NCBI GenBank assembly: GCA_000934665.2
Contig: KZ538239.1
Span: 62,001-115,199 of the forward strand
DNA: 53,199 bases
Direction: 5' to 3'
DNA from: Catajapyx aquilonaris
Taxonomy: Eukaryota
The position numbers and the translations under genes are program-made. The notes under the pieces were generated by a model. That model saw only the letters and a list, made by a program, of their open reading frames with translations. It made no database searches and was not told where the DNA came from. Positions 50,313 through 53,199 of this stretch are shown here, in pieces (within the stretch, counting starts at the first letter, position 1; each line of letters begins with the position of its first letter).

Positions 50313-51210
50313 TCATGTTCTTGGTCGTTTCTTGACAATGACGGTTGCGATTTGAGTCCGACAACATGGGCAGGAATGCTGGAATCCCTTTGGGGTCCGG
50401 TTCTCGCAACATTCGATGCAGACTGGAACTAAGGTCATGCATATGCAGCAGCTGTATGGAGGAGACACGAAGCATTGTTAGGTCGTCGGGAGATAAACCA
50501 CTTGAAATGATTGTTACGACTGTTCTTACCTAATGAAAGACAACAGGAAAGCTATGCATTCTTCGCCACTGGAAACTCCTGTGCCAGGGTGGCAGTCATA
50601 ACAGTTCAGTGCTGTGCAGCAGTAACAGCAGTCTGCACACAATACATGGTGTAGAGTACATAAAATACATCATAGAAATATATATGCAAAAAGACTACGT
50701 ATACGACAGGAAGCCCCACCACGTGCGATAATAATTTATCTGATATGTGCTTATCACGTGCCTACCGATTTACCCCGAGCAGAACTTTGATAAATATATC
50801 CTACCGTATGGCGTTCTCTACTTACTAATTATTATTACTGTTTTATGACATTTCCACGTGTTAGGGTAATTGCAGTACTGTTAGAAGTAGGCGTATTAAG
50901 TGTGAAATTGTACTTACATACGGTTTCCAGATCATTAGATTGACTGAGAGTGTTATCACTGTGACTGGTAGTGTAAATGGTCTTTACTTTAGTCTGGACA
51001 AGTGCACCACAATTCGGACAGCGTGCTTGAACTGGTTTCCGTCCAAATCTAGGAGTCTGTTGCGTGTAGCAAGGAACAGGCTGCGTCACAATGGCTGCGT
51101 ATGAAATACTGGTTTAATGATTGTTAGAAATAAATTTAAAAAAATAACTGACCTGTCCTTTCCTGGGGTCCTGGAGCACAAGGCGCCGCGTCACATGCAG
51201 ACGACTCCAT
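50313..51210 (-). CDS. LITAF-domain (zf-LITAF-like) protein, atypical and Cys-rich, 4 exons, 158 aa
   Basis: Exons (minus): 51153-51210, 50918-51094, 50530-50632, 50313-50451; total 477 nt, phase-consistent. FGRKPVQARCPNCGALVQTKV (CxxC), hydrophobic IAFLLSFISCCICMTLVPVCI, and HSCPCCRTQIA (HxCxxC) define the LITAF domain. Confidence 0.85.
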
Positions 51211-51660
51211 TCTGACTGCTAGTCAGAAGTGCCAGTATGAGTGTGACATTGCCTAATCTTATCGTGATCTGTGTTAGTGTAGGCCTATATATCGCCCAAA
51301 AAGATAGAGACGATTTTGCATTTGACTCAAGTGCAACTTGCACTTGAATCAAATGCCAATCGTCTCTATCTTTTTGAGCGATACAGTACTGTACAGTACG
51401 TAGTGCTCAGCAGCGCATGATGAGGCAATGTTTTTGTATGAGCTCATTTGCAATTGGTACTTAAAAATAATCCTCTGGGGCGGAAGGGTATGAACAAGGC
51501 TCTCTGAATCATGCTTGATGCGGATTTGCAATGGAAAGTTGAGATTATGACACACAATATTTGTGTCGTACAGGTTGTACCGAGAGAAAATACTGTAATT
51601 ACAGAGGCTTCATATAGAGGTCGTTTTATTTGAAGTCTATCTAGTATCTAATCGCACAAA

Positions 51661-51768
51661 GGTGGATAATAAACACAAAGGTGTATCCCTACGTCAAATT
51701 CTAGAAATCATGACTACGACAGTCAGGATTTCTGGAATTTGACGCAAGTAATACACCGGTTATCCACC
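51661..51768. repeat. Long imperfect palindrome/hairpin
   Basis: Core stem 51692-51715 with 51721-51744 (24 bp, one G:U and one mismatch, 5-nt loop), extended by ggtgtat/atacacc (51680-51686/51751-51757) and ggtggataa/ttatccacc (51661-51669/51760-51768). Confidence 0.8.
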
Positions 51769-52922
51769 CTAAGTACAAAGGAAGTTAATGATTTACAGAT
51801 GCAGAGTATAAGACTCATTATAAACGCGACGAGGTAATATTATCATCATGTATGCTTATGGCACAGCACTGCATAATGCAGGATCTTCTACAGTAAAAGC
51901 TATATGTTTCACCAGCACGTCAATTTGATAAAAATTAGAAAATGCTAATGCATAATGAAGTGCAGCACTTTTGAGACTCTGTGAGCAAAGCAAATCCATG
52001 TACACTGTTAGTCAGGTGACCTCTAGTAGAGGTTTCAAAACGTGCAATAATTTTAATTTTATTCAGGACGGACTATACACAATTTAATATCTTACACCGC
52101 TTGGCAAAACAGTAGCCATGTGAGCCTTGCAATTAGGACATGAGTGATGAAATTCCTTTTTTGACGACCCGCAATAGCAAGCCTCAACGCATATCAGTGG
52201 CAGCATCCATATCCAACATGAGCACACGCAACAGCTGGATCGGAAGAGAATAAGTTGCATTGAAAACAGAGCCTGCCACCACTCTCAAAGTAATTGTAAT
52301 TTACCAAATTGCGGTGAAAAATAGAGTTCCCATGTCGGCCTGGCCGGCCTGGCCATTGCTCCTGCATTTCCTCTTACACCGTTGGCAGTCGCCTCCTCCA
52401 ATACCACTGTAACAACAGACTGGTAGAAAATAATTTAATGCCGTTAACTAGAGTACTGTTCATGCAAATTGGTGGTGGGTTAATTAGACATAAAAGTTTG
52501 ATCTTTAATTGCGGTCCGTACTGCAGATTGACAATAGCGTTACAGCCTGTTCAATTAATTACCCCAATATTTTATCAAAATCTAGGCTCTATAACAAGTA
52601 CGCTGCTTTGTACTGTTGAAAGTTACTTCCATTGGAGGAAATATTACATAAAGCGAAATTATAAGTCCTGAAAAGATCTATGTGAATAGTTTATCTATTG
52701 CAGATGTCATTCATATACACTTTGAAAAATCACATGCACATTATTTTTAACTGATCGTATATGAAAAAAATATAGGCTTAAATCCTGGTAGTTCTGTGAC
52801 TGTACCCGCATATTCGTCATATTATCTTCCTGCTCTGCTCTATTTTGCCAAATCCAAACACAAGCCAATAAGATAAGCGCCCAAAACTGTATTTCGAGGC
52901 AGACGTGATAGGCTCTTTCATA

Positions 52923-53199
52923 TACGAGGGGGAATCAAATGAAAACGATAAAAGTGTCCTGAAAAATCCAAAAATCGTCCTGGCCGCTTGAAACCTTACA
53001 TACACACTGGTAGAACTATAGTGGATCGAGTAGTAAAAGTACGTGCCACTAGATGGCATTGGAGTCAGCCGACAGCCATCACAAGATGGCGGCGACACTG
53101 ACGAAGTGCACCAAAGAAGAACAGCGGGCCGTCGTGAGATTGTTGCGGAGTGAAGGGATTGAGTCGATCGAAATCCACCGCAGGATGGCCCTGAAATAC
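52923..53199 (+). mobile_element. Mariner DNA transposon, 5' end (truncated by window edge)
   Basis: TA-TACGAGGGGGAATCAAATGAAAAC mariner-type TIR at 52921-52946 followed about 160 bp later by a transposase start. Confidence 0.85.
53086..53199 (+). CDS. Mariner transposase, N-terminal HTH (partial)
   Basis: MAATLTKCTKEEQRAVVRLLRSEGIESIEIHRRMALKY matches the mariner N-terminal pattern EQRAVIxFLxxEGxxxxEIHRRMxxxY; open to the window end. Confidence 0.85.
   Translation, partial: MAATLTKCTKEEQRAVVRLLRSEGIESIEIHRRMALKY

Overview
Eukaryotic, intron-containing genomic DNA, most likely from an arthropod (inference from the insect-type NOX5 N-terminal extension and FAD-domain insertion; the species cannot be determined from sequence). 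I assembled seven spliced protein-coding genes by hand from GT-AG boundaries with consistent phases, on strictly alternating strands: GXYLT1/shams-like xylosyltransferase (-), ISY1 (+), SLC35E1 (-), fukutin (+), an unrecognised CUB-domain type I membrane protein (-), a 17-exon NOX5 (+) and an atypical Cys-rich LITAF-domain gene (-). The first five are packed into about 12 kb; an 18.7 kb non-coding tract with several small TA-flanked MITE-like elements precedes NOX5, and the 5' end of a mariner transposon closes the window. The most unusual signals are a hierarchical GGACT minisatellite in the fukutin leader that can be spliced in frame onto fukutin, a hammerhead-ribozyme-like three-way junction (with a C in place of catalytic G12) antisense in a NOX5 intron, a long hairpin upstream of the LITAF gene, and possible alternative 3' exons for that gene. 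All of these are hypotheses from reading the sequence; no searches were run.
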